DNA of 49,525 bases, taken from Octopus bimaculoides. Lineage: Eukaryota. The stretch lies in NCBI RefSeq assembly GCF_001194135.2, contig NC_069004.1, positions 34,373,213-34,422,737 of the forward strand. The letters are read 5' to 3'. The notes under the pieces were generated by a model, which was given only the letters and a program-made list of their open reading frames with translations, was not told the DNA's origin and did not search any database. The translations under genes were made by a program, and so were the position numbers. The number at the start of each line of letters is the position of its first letter. Positions within the stretch are counted from its first letter, which is position 1. Below, in pieces: positions 26,170 to 39,974 of the stretch.

Positions 26170-27726
26170 ATATGAATGATAATAGCAGAAATAAAAATGC
26201 CATGATGGGGGTCACAAATATAATACATCTGATACAATTACTGTTCCTGCCGCTGGTATATTTCTATCAGCAACACTGTAACCCATATTATCACGACCAA
26301 ACACTACAACTACTACTACCACCACCATCACCACTACTACTACCATCAGCACTACTACCAACACTACTACTACCACCATACCACCACAGCCACTGCCACT
26401 ACCACCATTACTACTACTACTACCCTAACCGCGACCTATAACAAACCCACGATTATCATAATCGTCTTTAGCAACATTATGAGTACAACTATTTAATGTC
26501 AAGTCTCTACAAGCACACCCCCAACATCGACATCCCCGCCACCGCCATAATCACCGCAAGCCCAACCCCCACATCTTGCTATCCACTAAGCTAACGTGAC
26601 CACCAGCATGACCACCGACAACCACCACAACTTTTATCTTAACTAATACTATCCTATTTCTATCATCAACACCACCGTAACCCCGCGACCACCACAATAA
26701 AGGACGCCATCACTACCATCATCATCACTATCAGCATCGCAGCCACCAACCCCCATCCCCCTCCCACCTNNNNNNNNNNNNNNNNNNNNNNNNNNNNNNN
26801 NNNNNNNNNNNNNNNNNNNNNNNNNNNNNNNNNNNNNNNNNNNNNNNNNNNNNNNNNNNNNNNNNNNNNNNNNNNNNNNNNNNNNNNNNNNNNNNNNNNN
26901 NNNNNNNNNNNNNNNNNNNNNNNNNNNNNNNNNNNNNNNNNNNNNNNNNNNNNNNNNNNNNNNNNNNNNNNNNNNNNNNNNNNNNNNNNNNNNNNNNNNN
27001 NNNNNNNNNNNNNNNNNNNNNNNNNNNNNNNNNNNNNNNNNNNNNNNNNNNNNNNNNNNNNNNNNNNNNNNNNNNNNNNNNNNNNNNNNNNNNNNNNNNN
27101 NNNNNNNNNNNNNNNNNNNNNNNNNNNNNNNNNNNNNNNNNNNNNNNNNNNNNNNNNNNNNNNNNNNNNNNNNNNNNNNNNNNNNNNNNNNNNNNNNNNN
27201 NNNNNNNNNNNNNNNNNNNNNNNNNNNNNNNNNNNNNNNNNNNNNNNNNNNNNNNNNNNNNNNNNNNNNNNNNNNNNNNNNNNNNNNNNNNNNNNNNNNN
27301 NNNNNNNNNNNNNNNNNNNNNNNNNNNNNNNNNNNNNNNNNNNNNNNNNNNNNNNNNNNNNNNNNNNNNNNNNNNNNNNNNNNNNNNNNNNNNNNNNNNN
27401 NNNNNNNNNNNNNNNNNNNNNNNNNNNNNNNNNNNNNNNNNNNNNNNNNNNNNNNNNNNNNNNNNNNATACTCCCTAGAGCCAAGCTTCATTGGGCATCT
27501 ATGACAAACCTGTGCTTTAATTACTATTCAAGCTGGCGCTTAAGCAGGGCATCAACCTGAACTATATTTGTATGTACCTATTTGTAGTAAGAGACCCTCA
27601 AGAGAGCAGAACAGTCGAAGGTCTTCACAGAAGAAACCCCTCTCAAGTTAGTATTTCGGGTCTTGATTTTCTACAGATTTAGGCATCTAGAGCCCATCTA
27701 GTTCATGACTGCTGACACTTATTAGC

Positions 27727-27777
<51 letters not shown>

Positions 27778-29413
27778 AAGTATGTATGCACACATGCATG
27801 TATGTGTTATGCTTGTTTATATGCGTTTGGGAAACTGATGCGGGAGTTTGTGCGTGAGTGCATACCTCTGTGTTTTAAGATGTGTAAACTTAAAATTTAA
27901 TAAATGTACGACAATAAAAGAGTATTTTGTGTAAAATTTAAATTTATTTCAGCGAACAAGCGGCGTTGGAAGGAACGCTAGAACAAATACGCAGTCGGGC
28001 GCATGCGCCTGTATGCATGTGGGAGAGTTCGTGAGACGTGACATGTGTATGTTGTTGCGGGTGCTTATGTCAGAGTTACAAACGAATATTATGTGTATGA
28101 ACTAACTCTTTGTGTGCGCTTATATAATGTGTCTGTGTGAGTGAGTAACAAGTGTGGGTGTGTGTTGTTGTTTGATAATGTGTGTATGCCTGTACGTGTA
28201 TCTACAGATTAAAGATGGCGTAGAAAATGAGCCTCTTATGAAAGAACGGTGGGATGATGGGTGAAGAGAAGATTCGTTTTAGAGGAAATATATATTTATA
28301 CATGGGTGAAAAAATTAGCACAGGTACTGGGGGAAAACTACAGCAGCAAATCAGTGGAAATAAGGCATTCGTGCGCATGCACCTATATTTATGTATGAAT
28401 TAGTGCATCTACATGCTTTTGGTAAGTTTATATTGAGCAAAAATGTGTATATATATGTGTATGTGTGGATGTATGTTTATGTTTTAAAAGTGGTGTTTGT
28501 AAATATGCATTCTTTAAAATTAGTGTTTGTGAACACGTGTGATTATATATGTGATTTTTAAAAGTGATGTTTGTAAATATGTATGTGATTTAAACATGGT
28601 ACTCACAGTTCTATATAAAGAAATGTGGCGTCGGAGAAATATATTTTCAGTGAAATAAATTTATTTGGGTGAACACGCTAGAGAAAACCTTAAAGTAAAT
28701 TGGTGTAAGTGTGTATTGTGTATGCACATGTGTTCCTATGCATCTATATTTCTTTATATATACACGTACGTACAGTTGCGGATGCGCATGTTGTGTACGT
28801 GTATGTCTACATGAATACATATTTGTGTTCTGCACTGAACGCCTGTCTGTACGTCTCTGTGCGTGTGTGTATGTGTGTGTGTCTGTTTATGTGATTGTTA
28901 TTGTTCGTGTGCGGTCCTGATATGCGGTATAAGACTGCTGTCGAAAGCAAATGTGAAAAAATAAAGAATATGGTGAACAGAATTAGTGCAATTGTGGTTC
29001 TAAAGAAAATCCAATTTATATCTCCTGGCGATTGCCACCATTTTGAAAAGCTGTAACCATATATATNNNNNNNNNNNNNNNNNNNNNNNNNNNNNNNNNN
29101 NNNNNNNNNNNNNNNNNNNNNNNNNNNNNNNNNNNNNNNNNNNNNNNNNNNNNNNNNNNNNNNNNNNNNNNNNNNNNNNNNNNNNNNNNNNNNNNNNNNN
29201 NNNNNNNNNNNNNNNNNNNNNNNNNNNNNNNNNNNNNNNNNNNNNNNNNNNNNNNNNNNNNNNNNNNNNNNNNNNNNNNNNNNNNNNNNNNNNNNNNNNN
29301 NNNNNNNNNNNNNNNNNNNNNNNNNNNNNNNNNNNNNNNNNNNNNNNNNNNNNNNNNNNNNNNNNNNNNTTCATACGAACACACACACACACACATACAC
29401 ACACAAACAAACA

Positions 29414-29462
<49 letters not shown>

Positions 29463-29795
29463 CGCGCGCGCGCTTTCCTGTGAGTATGTGTTCGTGTGTA
29501 CATATGTATATTCGTATACATACGCTACGTGTAATTGTACATATATATGTACATACACGTTTATATATTTATGTATATACCTGTGTGTATTTTAGTATGT
29601 TTGTATCTGTGCGTGTGTGTGTGTGTGTGTGCGTTCCTCTATTTGTTTGTGTGTCCATGCATATATATATATATATGTATATATGTGTGTGTATAGATGA
29701 TATAATGACAGACGTATATATATATATATATAATAAATATACATATATATGTATACATTCATCTATGTATATGTATTTGTCTGTGTGTGTATGTG

Positions 29796-29830
<35 letters not shown>

Positions 29831-30149
29831 TCATGTATATTCAAACACACACACATATCCGTATATATATGTATATGTGTGTGCGTGTAAGTATAATGAC
29901 AAAGAATACTCGATCGACATCTATCCGAGGTTATACATGTGAATTCTGAAGACCATCGATAAAAGAAGATTTTCATTCCATCCTCACTAGATATCGGTTC
30001 AGAGCCAAAGTAGATATGGGAAGATTGGAATATCGCGGATCAGTATGTAATGCACGCAATAAAATAAGTCAGAACGTCACCTACACATTCAGAAACACCG
30101 ATGGCCATTTGAAGATTTTTACGGAACGGAAGGATGAAACGGTTGGAAT

Positions 30150-30513
30150 ATTAGTTTTAAATTGCGGCACAAGGCCAGCAATTTCAGGGGAGAAGGTACG
30201 TCGATTACATCGATCTCAGTGCTTAACTGGTAAGTATTTTATCGACCCCGAAAGGATGAAAGGTAAAGTCGACCTCAGCGGAATTTGAACTCAAAACGTA
30301 AAGATGGACGATTTGGGCCCAAGGCCAGCAGTTTCGGGAGAAGGTGTAAGTCGTTTACACCGATCTCAGTACTCAACTGGTTCTTATTCTATCGACCTAG
30401 AAATTCTAAAAGGCAAAATCGACCTCGGTGGAATTTGAACTTGAGCCGCAAATACAAACCAAATGCCACTAAGCCGTTCGCTTGGCGTACTAGTGATTCT
30501 GCCAGCTCGCCGC
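30150..30513 (-). mobile_element. Two tandem SINE family A copies (30150-30310 and 30315-30513)
   Basis: Each contains GGC(A/C)CAAGGCCAGCA..TATCGACC..TCGACCTC.G.GGAATTTGAACT; the second ends GATTCTGCCAGCTCGCCGC. Confidence 0.85.
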
Positions 30514-31025
30514 ACTATATACAGCGTAATACTATAATCCGTATATTTTTACTGGGTGGCACTTTAAATCGTGGCGCTTGAGAACAGAGTAATGGTACAG
30601 AATAACTTATAACTACCATGATACACACGAACACATAATGTGTGTGTGTATGCGACTGTGTGTACGTGTGTGTGATATGAACTTACATCGACAAACATTC
30701 ACATTTTCAATAAACTATCAATTACCATGAGAGAAAAAAAAAGTAAAAAAAGAGTAAAAAATCGAAAAACGATAGAGAAAATTACTTTCACTCACAAAAT
30801 ATATTTTTTGTGTGTGAGCAGTGTGTCTATACACACACACGCACACACACACACATAAACGAAGTATGTATATTCATATTTAGATATAAATATATATCTA
30901 GGTATTTATATATATGTATACAGACACACACACATACACGTTGTACATATTTACATATATTTGTCTATTTATATGTGTGTGTGTACTCTCGCAAACTCAC
31001 GCACATATTTATACATACATAAAAT

Positions 31026-31061
<36 letters not shown>

Positions 31062-31240
31062 ATTCTCACAAATGTACATATTTCTGTGCGTACTCAGATA
31101 TTCGTCTTCAGTTCCCAAAAGATTGTCAGTTCTTGTAGTGTCTCGTCTGATGGGGAGCAACGGAAAACGTTGAATCTGAAGAACAGTCTGTCTGACTCAA
31201 CAAAAGTAGCAAAACATGATGAGTGCGTGGGTCGGTAAAT

Positions 31241-31277
<37 letters not shown>

Positions 31278-31914
31278 GCAGACTTCGTTAGCGCACACTA
31301 AAGAAATCTATGACGATGAAGCTAACAGTAATATGATTGTACATACATGCATATATGTATATATATATGTATGTATTTTTTATTCGTTCAACTTTGGAAT
31401 TTATTCACTGCCAGCGCTACCTCTCATCCTTCCTCGTCGCTCCCCATTTACACATCCACAATTATATTCTCTCACACATATAGTGACTCGTACACACATT
31501 TACACAAACACACATTAAACAGGCACCTCCTCCCACCTCCCACCTTCCTCATCAATCTCGAACGACAAACATTGTAACCTCCGCACGGAGGTAACTGCTA
31601 CTATCAGTTTTCGCTATCGTATTACCCCTGGGCAAATCGTCACAAGTGTTGTCATAAATCAAGGTCTTAAACTAGTCTTAAATTACGTCATTAGCCGTTT
31701 ATGATATTTTTACGGTCTTATTTATGGCTCTACGTTTTGATATTTTCATCGTTGCTATATTTGAGATCGAAATACTACTACCGCCGTCACCACCACCACC
31801 ATCACTACTACTATTAACTAGTGTGTTAGTGGTGATGGTGACGGCGATACTACTATTACTACTACTGCTACTACTACAACTACTTTATTGTCCATCTTTA
31901 CGTTCTTGTTACTG

Positions 31915-32040
31915 AATGGCACGAGGAACATTCTAGTGAAGTTGAAAAATAAGTACCAGCTGGATAATGGAGTCGATGTAAGAGACTTAACCCCCACCCA
32001 AATTGCTGGCTTTGTGCCAAAATTTGAAACCATTATTATT
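31915..32040 (+). mobile_element. SINE family A, 3' remnant with (ATT)n tail
   Basis: AAAATAAGTACCAG..GGAGTCGATGTAA..GCTGGCTTTGTGCCAAAATTTGAAACC followed by (ATT)n. Confidence 0.65.
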
Positions 32041-32858
32041 ATAATTACTATTAATAGTTTATTATTGTAGCTGCTTAGCAAATAGTTTCCACGAGGTTAG
32101 AATCTAATGCGACTGGAATTTGGTTCACCAAAATTGTCGGCGCTAATGAGTCCGATCCAACAGAAAAACTACAGCATTCTGAGTAGAGCTGCTAGAAATA
32201 CGATGCGAATTCAGCCGGAATTTGAGCCGTACAGGATTCAATTCTGCGTAGTGGCTGCTGGTCACTTATTTCCCTTTTGTAAGGATATTTACTCAATCTT
32301 CTAAGCTGTTTTTACACCTATTCTGCGTTTGAGATATCCTTTAGTTTCTGTAAAATACCAACTCACTGAGCGCTTCTAAGTTTGTTTATAAAAAAATGTT
32401 CCCACCCCCCTTTCCAAAAGCTATTATTTAGCATTAAAAAAGACGGGATTTGTCAGAAGTCGCGTAGCTTAATGAGTGCTCATTCGGAATTTGAGAGATG
32501 CAGGTTTCGATTCTTTGAAGCTGTTTCCTGGTCACCCGATCTTCTAAAATTTTCCTTTATTTTCTGTAAAATGCTTGCTAAAAGAAATATCTGAGTCTCC
32601 TAATCAACTCCAAATGTTAACAATAAATCGTAAATATTGTATAATATAATCCAGCATACCAAATACTTGCGTAGTGTATAATATTTACAAAAACCAGGGT
32701 CGCAGTGAGTTCTAATTTTGGTCTCCTTGTAAGAGAATTACTCGATCAAAATTGAGTAATTCTTCCGTTTAATGTTAAATTGTTTTTATAAAATTTCAAC
32801 ATAAACACACACAGACCGGTAGATGTGGTCATCCATCCATCTCGCCGTCTATCTATCC

Positions 32859-32892
<34 letters not shown>

Positions 32893-33324
32893 GCATGCAT
32901 GTATACGTACGTAGATATTGTAAAGCAAGTATGACAAACATCGATGTGTGAGAGTGCTTACTTCGGCGTCTGGATAAGATCTTGATTCCGTACGTGCACG
33001 CGTGTGCGCTCGTGTATACAAAGCGAGTGTATACAAAGCGAGTGTATAAGAGTAACGCAATTACATCTCCCCCTCCACGCAACCCAATCACAACGTCAGT
33101 GTGATCGGTTTTGTTGAAATGCTTGACGGATGCTGAAATCAATAAGTTTTATAAATATCCGCTCTGTTATTCTAAGGTATTCTTAAATATTTACTTAGGT
33201 CTCTGGTTTTCTAATATGCACACAGTATCATTCCCTAACAGCATGGCTGTACTTTTGTTGGTGCCGGAGGATGTGAGGGTGGACCTGATGGTGGTGATGG
33301 TGGTGGTCATATTATATGTATATT

Positions 33325-33378
<54 letters not shown>

Positions 33379-34327
33379 AATATACACACCTGTACGTATA
33401 AAACTATGTACAGTTTAATATTTACCCACATGAAACCCTTTCTATTTCTAACAATTCTATTCATTCAATCGGTCAACAACAAAATTACTACTACAGCTAC
33501 TACTACTAATAATAATAACAACAACAACGAAAACGACGAGCAATATACTGAAAATGGAAAGAAAAGATGATGGAAGACGACGACAGAAACGAAGATGGGA
33601 AAACAAGCGCCATATTGCTTTTCTTCAATGTCTTATCTGAAAAGGAGAAGCAAAGATAAGCTGTGGGTTTCGTGCCAGGCATAATAATTCTAGCGACAGA
33701 GGAACCAGAATCCTCATCTACATCACCATGCCAAAAACAACAATAATATTTTCGCTATCATTATAATTATCGTCATTCATCGTCGTCATCGCAGTCTCGA
33801 TAATCCTAAACGCCATCATCACCCAACAGAGGGCGATAGGTATGTATATATAGATATAAATATATGTGCACGTATGTATTCTTGTGTGTGTGCGAGGGTG
33901 TCTGTGATGTGCGTGTATGTGTGTGAGTGTGGTTGTGTGTACGCGTGTTGTTGCAGTTTGAAAAGTGGTGCATAGTGCTGGTAGTTAGGCAGCAGACACC
34001 TAGCGCTACCATATAGAGAGCGATAAAACATGTAACAGGAGGTGGATAGTGTATTACCCCAAAATAGACGCAAACCAATGCAATAAAGGATTTCAAATAT
34101 CGCTTCACTTTAGTCCTGTTTTTCTTGGTAGAAACTGTGCTATGGTTGTACATATGAAAACGAGGTGAAAACCCACCAAGTAAACATCACTACCAGCTTT
34201 AACAACAATAAGATTTGATATCAAGAACCATCATCACAGACACACAATCGTCACTGCGACTTTCCTCCAAAACAACGAGAACCGCTACGCATATTTTACC
34301 ACAATACAAAGAATATACACACATGCT

Positions 34328-34392
<65 letters not shown>

Positions 34393-34952
34393 ATACACGT
34401 ATCTTTAAACTTACAAGGGAGTATTTTCTCTTTTCTGAAGATGCCCTTGTTTTTGAATGAAATTTGTGTATTTATATATTTATTTAGGACATAGAAAAAT
34501 GGCACAGCAGTACAACAACAACAACAACCACTGCAGCTGCTGCTGCTGCTAATAACAATAATGATAAAAATAATAATAATAATGACAGACAATAACGATG
34601 ATAAAGATGAATTTAATTTCTTGGAAAAAGCTTGGTCGTGTTGTTTACTCAATCCTTTAGCAAGTATTGCTCTGCTAGTTTTTGAGACTTCGATATCTTT
34701 CGAATCAATTATTTACCATTGTGGGTGATGGTGGTGGTCGGAGGAAGAGAAGAAGGACGGGAAAGGAGGAAGACGAGGGCGAGGAAGGGGAACAGGAAGG
34801 AACATGCTGTTCTGAAGAATTAACACAAGACCAAAAAGATAAAATATAATAAATGTACAAATTAGATAAAAACAAAAACAAAATAAACTATAAACTCTCC
34901 AAAAACAAGATGCCTGCTGCCACGTATCATATTCTGTTTTCTTTGTAAAACG

Positions 34953-34987
<35 letters not shown>

Positions 34988-35240
34988 NNNNNNNNNNNNN
35001 NNNNNNNNNNNNNNNNNNNNNNNNNNNNNNNNNNNNNNNNNNNNNNNNNNNNNNNNNNNNNNNNNNNNNNNNNNNNNNNNNNNNNNNNNNNNNNNNNNNN
35101 NNNNNNNNNNNNNNNNNNNNNNTATATATACATATGTATTTGTGCATGTGGGGGGTATGCACGTCCATCTATACGCACACTGTATGTATCATAAATATAT
35201 AAATATTGATATAAATATTATAAATAAAAAATACATATAA

Positions 35241-35275
<35 letters not shown>

Positions 35276-35644
35276 AATTATAGACACGTGTTTCCCACTT
35301 TTTACAATTTGTTGGCCATTTTGTTGTTGTTCCTCGCCGTTTCTGTCTTTCGTTGTGTTGTTGTTGTTGTTGTAGGTTGTTATTGTCTTTTCTTTAAAAG
35401 TAGTTTGTCTTTATGGTGACGTCGGTAATATTTTGTCCCTCGGGTCAAGTTTTCTGAGAGTATTTTTCTCCTGCTTTTTCGTGTTCTCCATACCTATAAT
35501 GCAACTATTGCTGTTTGTTATTGAAGCTGCAGTCGCTCCTAATATTATTATTGTAGATACTGCACTCAGTGTATTAGTCACATCTTTCATGTGACTAATA
35601 TAACATTTGTTGATGTTGCGAAGTTTATTATTATTATTATTTTT

Positions 35645-35797
35645 ATCATTATTATTATTATTCCTTCGTAACACTGTGTAGGTAAAAATGCACCGGAGTC
35701 TATAGTCATCTATCAAGTCACAACAAGGACCTCAAACAGATAATACTTTCCTTAAGGTGTGCGCTGTGCTCAATAAGGCTGCTTTTTCCAAGACATC
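35645..35797 (-). mobile_element. Very short 3' remnant of a second Dong/R4-like element
   Basis: 35797-35732 reads DVLEKAALLSTAHTLRKVLSV*, paralogous to the neighbouring element's C-terminus. The 3' UTR starts TGAGGTCC..GTGACTTGA like the neighbour and ends in (AAT)n. Confidence 0.8.
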
Positions 35798-35807
35798 ATC
35801 ACCATCA

Positions 35808-36785
35808 TTATTATTATTACTATAGCCGTCGTACAGTATATAATATCCTAAGGTTGTTGATTGAAGATATTGTGTCTACCGGGGTGTTTGTACTGTTTGT
35901 CAAGTCACACGGACCTCAGACAGACAGTACTTTACGCAATATGCGTGCAGTTCCAAGTAATGCCGACTTTTGCAATACATCTAGATTGTAGGGTATCTTT
36001 AAGGTTTTCAGGTGTTTTTTTTTTCCAGATTGGGTGGTATTGAACCCAATGCTCCGATGACAATAGGGACAACCTTTATGCTTGACTCTCGCAGCTGCCA
36101 CATCTTAACGATCTCAATTCTCAGGTCTCCATATTTATGAACCCTTTTCTCTTTCTTTCATGATGATATGTTGATCTCCAGTTACTGCCCTGTCAATTAT
36201 TAGGCATTCTTGTTTGTCCCTCCTAAAGGTTACTATATCCGGCCTTCGGTGCTTTAACATTTTGTCTGTCTGGAAATCGAAGTCCCAGAAGATTTTTACC
36301 TTCTCCTTTTCGTCCACTACCTTTCCCGGTGTATGTTGGTACCAAGCACCCGTAACCTCATATCCATACTTACGGCATGGGTATAATAGCCAGCGGAGGT
36401 TTTGGGCTATCTCGTCCTTGTCGTGTCTGTGCTTGTACTCTTCTTGCGCCAGACTTTCACAAGCACTAACAGTGTGAGTCACGCTTTCGACCCTCTTCTC
36501 ACACATTTTGCTGCGTTCCCATGCACTTGTGCGGTACATATTCATTTTGACTGAGTTAGTGGTCCTGGGCAGCGATGATTAGGTTTTCAGTACTTTTTTG
36601 TTTTAGGTCACCCTTGTTAAGCCACTTCCATGATGCTTCCTCGTCTTTTAAATTGTTCGTTTCACGGTGGAACTGACCATGTAATTCCATACGGAGTAGG
36701 GTTTCTTTCTCTCGTTGGCTCGTCTTCTTCTCCTTCTTCTTCTTGTGGTACCCGATATCGCACTCGCCTTGAACTCGCTGTAGTT
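35808..36785 (-). mobile_element. 5'-truncated, decayed RLE-type non-LTR retrotransposon (Dong/R4-like)
   Basis: Translations across frameshifts and one stop give MELHGQF..SWKWLNKGDLK..ENLIIAAQD, a degenerate CCHC knuckle (KMCEKRVESVTHTVSAC..LAQEEYKHRHD), KIFWDFDFQTDKMLKHRRPDIV..CLIID (PD..D nuclease motif), VVPIVIGALGSIP and LQKSALLGTARILRKVLSV* (stop at 35916). A ~95-nt 3' UTR ends in (TAA)n. Confidence 0.9.
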
Positions 36786-37750
36786 ACTATTATTCGTCAA
36801 TGTTAGTTGTTGCTATTTTAACTTTGTTTTTGTTGTATTTCCAGTATTTTCAAAATGCCGTTCGCTATTCCTTGTCACTGACGATTATTCATATTTCCAA
36901 AGCTATTTTTGTTGCTAATTCAGGTATTCGCTGCTGTCGTACATCTCAAACCTTTCTTGCTTCGTTGTAACTGTTACTAATGTTTTTGTTTATTTTCCTA
37001 ATCATCGTTTTTCGATCGTATGTTCAGTTTCCTACAGTATATCGTTTTGTGCAGTGGATTTTGTTGCTATAGCTACCGATAGCGTTATTGCATTTAGAGC
37101 AAACATCGTAGTGTTGTTAATGCACTAAATATTGTTGTCGCATCTTCGTTTGAAACCACTAAATTTGTTCTTTCTGTTGTCTCTCATAAACTGGATGTTG
37201 TTGCGCTTGTTATATACGATGGAGTTGCTATTTTGTGAGATATCGTTGCTATCTCGGTTATTATTCATTACATATTTATTGCAGCTTCTGTTGGTGTTCT
37301 CAACATAAATTTTGCAGTTTAAGTTGTTAATGTTGTGACTATAGCAACAGCAGCAGTGTCAATAGCAGTAGTGGTAGCAACAGTATTAGTTGTTTTTTCT
37401 TATTTTATTGTGGTTTGTAGCATACTCTATTACAATCGTTAGCGGACTTCAAAGAAGTGGTGTTGATTTTCATGAAATATATATCGCTGTTACTGTTATA
37501 TTTGATTCAATGTGCCTATAATTGTTGTTGCTAAGGAACTGCGTAATAATCCTGTTGTTGCTGTCCTTTTATGGACATGATCTAGTAATTTACAATGCTG
37601 ATGTTGCTGCTGGTACTGCTGTTGTTGTTGCTAGGGATGTTAATATTTATGCCCTTGTTTTTGTTGTCGTTATGCAGTTGTTGTTAGAATGGTTGTTTTG
37701 TCTTTGCTTTTAGTTATGCTGTTTTATTGTTTTATTCATTGTTGTTATTA

Positions 37751-37904
37751 CCAGGCGTGGCTGTGTGGTAAGCAGCTTGCTTCCCAACCACATGGTTCCG
37801 GGTTCATCCCCACTGTGTGACTCCCTGTGCAAAAATTTTCTACTATAGCCTGAGGTCGATCAAAACCTTGTGAGTGGATTTAGTAGACCGAAATTGAAAG
37901 AAGC

Positions 37905-37984
<80 letters not shown>

Positions 37985-38193
37985 TATGTGTGTGTGTGTG
38001 TGTCCCTCACCGCCGCTTGACAACCGGTGTTGGTTTCTTTACGTTCATGTAAGGGTTCTGCGAAAGTGACCGATAGAATAAGTACCAAGTTTGAAAAATA
38101 AAAGCTCCTGGGGTCGATTGATTCGACTAAAAGTCCTTCAAGGTGGTGCCCCAGCATGACCGCAGTCTAATGACTGAAACAAGTAAAAGATAG
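37751..38193 (+). mobile_element. SINE family B, full-length with expanded internal (TA)n
   Basis: CAGGCGTGGCTGTGTGGTAAG..GGTTCCGGGTTCA head, ~70-bp (TA)n, and tail GGGGTCGATTGATTCGACTAAAAG..CCCCAGCATGACCGCAGTCTAATGACTGAAACAAGTAAAAGA. Confidence 0.9.
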
Positions 38194-38959
38194 AAAATAT
38201 GTTGTGGTTGGATGAAGTCTTTTCTCGTAGCGGTTGATGTGAATGTTAGTATGGGTGGAGATGATGACGGCGAGGATCAGGAGGGTGGTGGTGGTGGTGG
38301 ATGGGAGGGGGTCATGAGATTCTGCTGATGACGACAATCGACGGGATGATGTTAATATTGCCGGTGACGATGATGACGATGGTAACGATGACGGAGAGGG
38401 CAATATTGAATTTAATGAGGAGACTGATTATAACGATGATGACGGTGGTGATGACGCTGGTGATGACGATGGTGATGGCAGGAAGAGTGAGAGAATGAAA
38501 TGAAATATGGCAATGATGATAAAAATGATAATGGTGAGAGCGGGAGGAACGGGACCAGCTGGAGCAGAAGGAAGGAAAGAACAAAAAATGCAGAGTAATC
38601 CGGTGCTTCGGATGTGATTATTCCAAATTATCCCCGGGGATCATTTTCCCTGTTGAGGACCTTTTTCGTTGATTCGAAATTCTTTAATGCAATATCATCC
38701 ATTTTTGTGTTTTTAATAATGACTCTTTTTAAATAATCTTTTACGTTTATTTGTGAGAAGATCGGACAATATGCCCTGGGGTATTTTATTTTCAGGCACT
38801 TAACGTTCTGAGTTCAAATACATCCACAACTTTCCCCTCTCGTTCTTCCATTTTCGACAAATTAAAATGCCAATCTTAGTACGCCGTCCCTTCAAAATTA
38901 CTGGCCCTCTGTCTAATGTAAAAATCACTATTCTTTGTTTATGTCGTATTTGAAGCTCA

Positions 38960-39003
<44 letters not shown>

Positions 39004-39071
39004 NNNNNNNNNNCTACTACTACTACTACTACTACTACTACTGTTGTTGTTGTTGTTATTATTATTATACA

Positions 39072-39155
39072 AAGGTAGTGAGCTGGCAGAATCGTTATCG
39101 CGCTGGACAAAATTCTTAGCGGCATTCCGTCTGTCTTTACGTTCTGAGTTCAAAT
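39072..39155 (+). mobile_element. SINE family A, head only
   Basis: AGGTAGTGAGCTGGCAGAATCGTTATCGCGCTGGAC..GTTCTGAGTTCAAAT, then an abrupt switch to (GAT)n-rich sequence. Confidence 0.8.
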
Positions 39156-39717
39156 AATGATGATGATGATGGTGATGATAGTGGTGGTGGTAGCGATTGC
39201 GATGAGGATAATGACGATGTCGGTGATAAAGCTCGTGATGATGATGATGATAGTCATGATGGTTGCGATGATAATGATGTGGCTAATGAAGATGATAGTG
39301 ATGGCTTTGATGTTCATAATGATGATGATTGCGAGATGTCGATGGTGATGATGATGATGGTGATGATGAATGTGTACATCATGATGATGATGATGATGGT
39401 GTAAAGGAGAGTTTGGAAATGATGACGAGTGTGATGGTGACGATGGTGATGGTGGCAAGGATAAAATCTTGTAATAATTATCGAATATTGAGAATTTTAA
39501 ACCATTTTATACCGAAATAGAAAAATATCACTTATATCTATGAATATTCTGAACAATAGTTGTTGTTGTTGTAGCAGACCTATTTTGATTAGATTGAAAA
39601 TTCTACGAAATATGTAAAAACAAATCCAAATCCGGCAGATAACTAAAGGAACGCGGGTTCGGGTTAAGGTTCAGTAAACATCGTAGAAATAAAACAAAAT
39701 AATAATGATAATAATAA

Positions 39718-39917
39718 GCCTTTCCATTATAGGCACAGGACGTGGAAATTTGGGGGGTGGGTTGGGAGATTAGTCGACCCCAATGCACAACTGGTACTTT
39801 ACATTAGCGACCCTAAAAGAACGAAAGGCAGTATTTAAACTCAGAAGATAAAAAACCGGATGAAACGCAGTTAAAAATTTTATACTCCGGCCAACGATTT
39901 TGTCAACTTCCCGCCTT
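39718..39917 (-). mobile_element. SINE family A, degenerate full-length
   Basis: CCTTTCCATTATAGGCACAGG..GTCGACCCCAATGCACAACTGGTAC..AACGATTTTGTCAACTTCCCGCCTT. Confidence 0.75.
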
Positions 39918-39974
39918 AATAATAATAATGAAGATAATAATAATAATGATAATAGTAATAATAATATAATAATA

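Noticed and set aside
28900-29040. Hydrophobic minus-strand reading resembling a signal peptide
   Set aside because: No start codon or donor; expected from T-rich DNA.
33011-33047. 15-bp tandem repeat GTGTATACAAAGCGA x2.5
   Set aside because: Ordinary slippage duplication; not CRISPR-like (eukaryotic DNA, no spacers).
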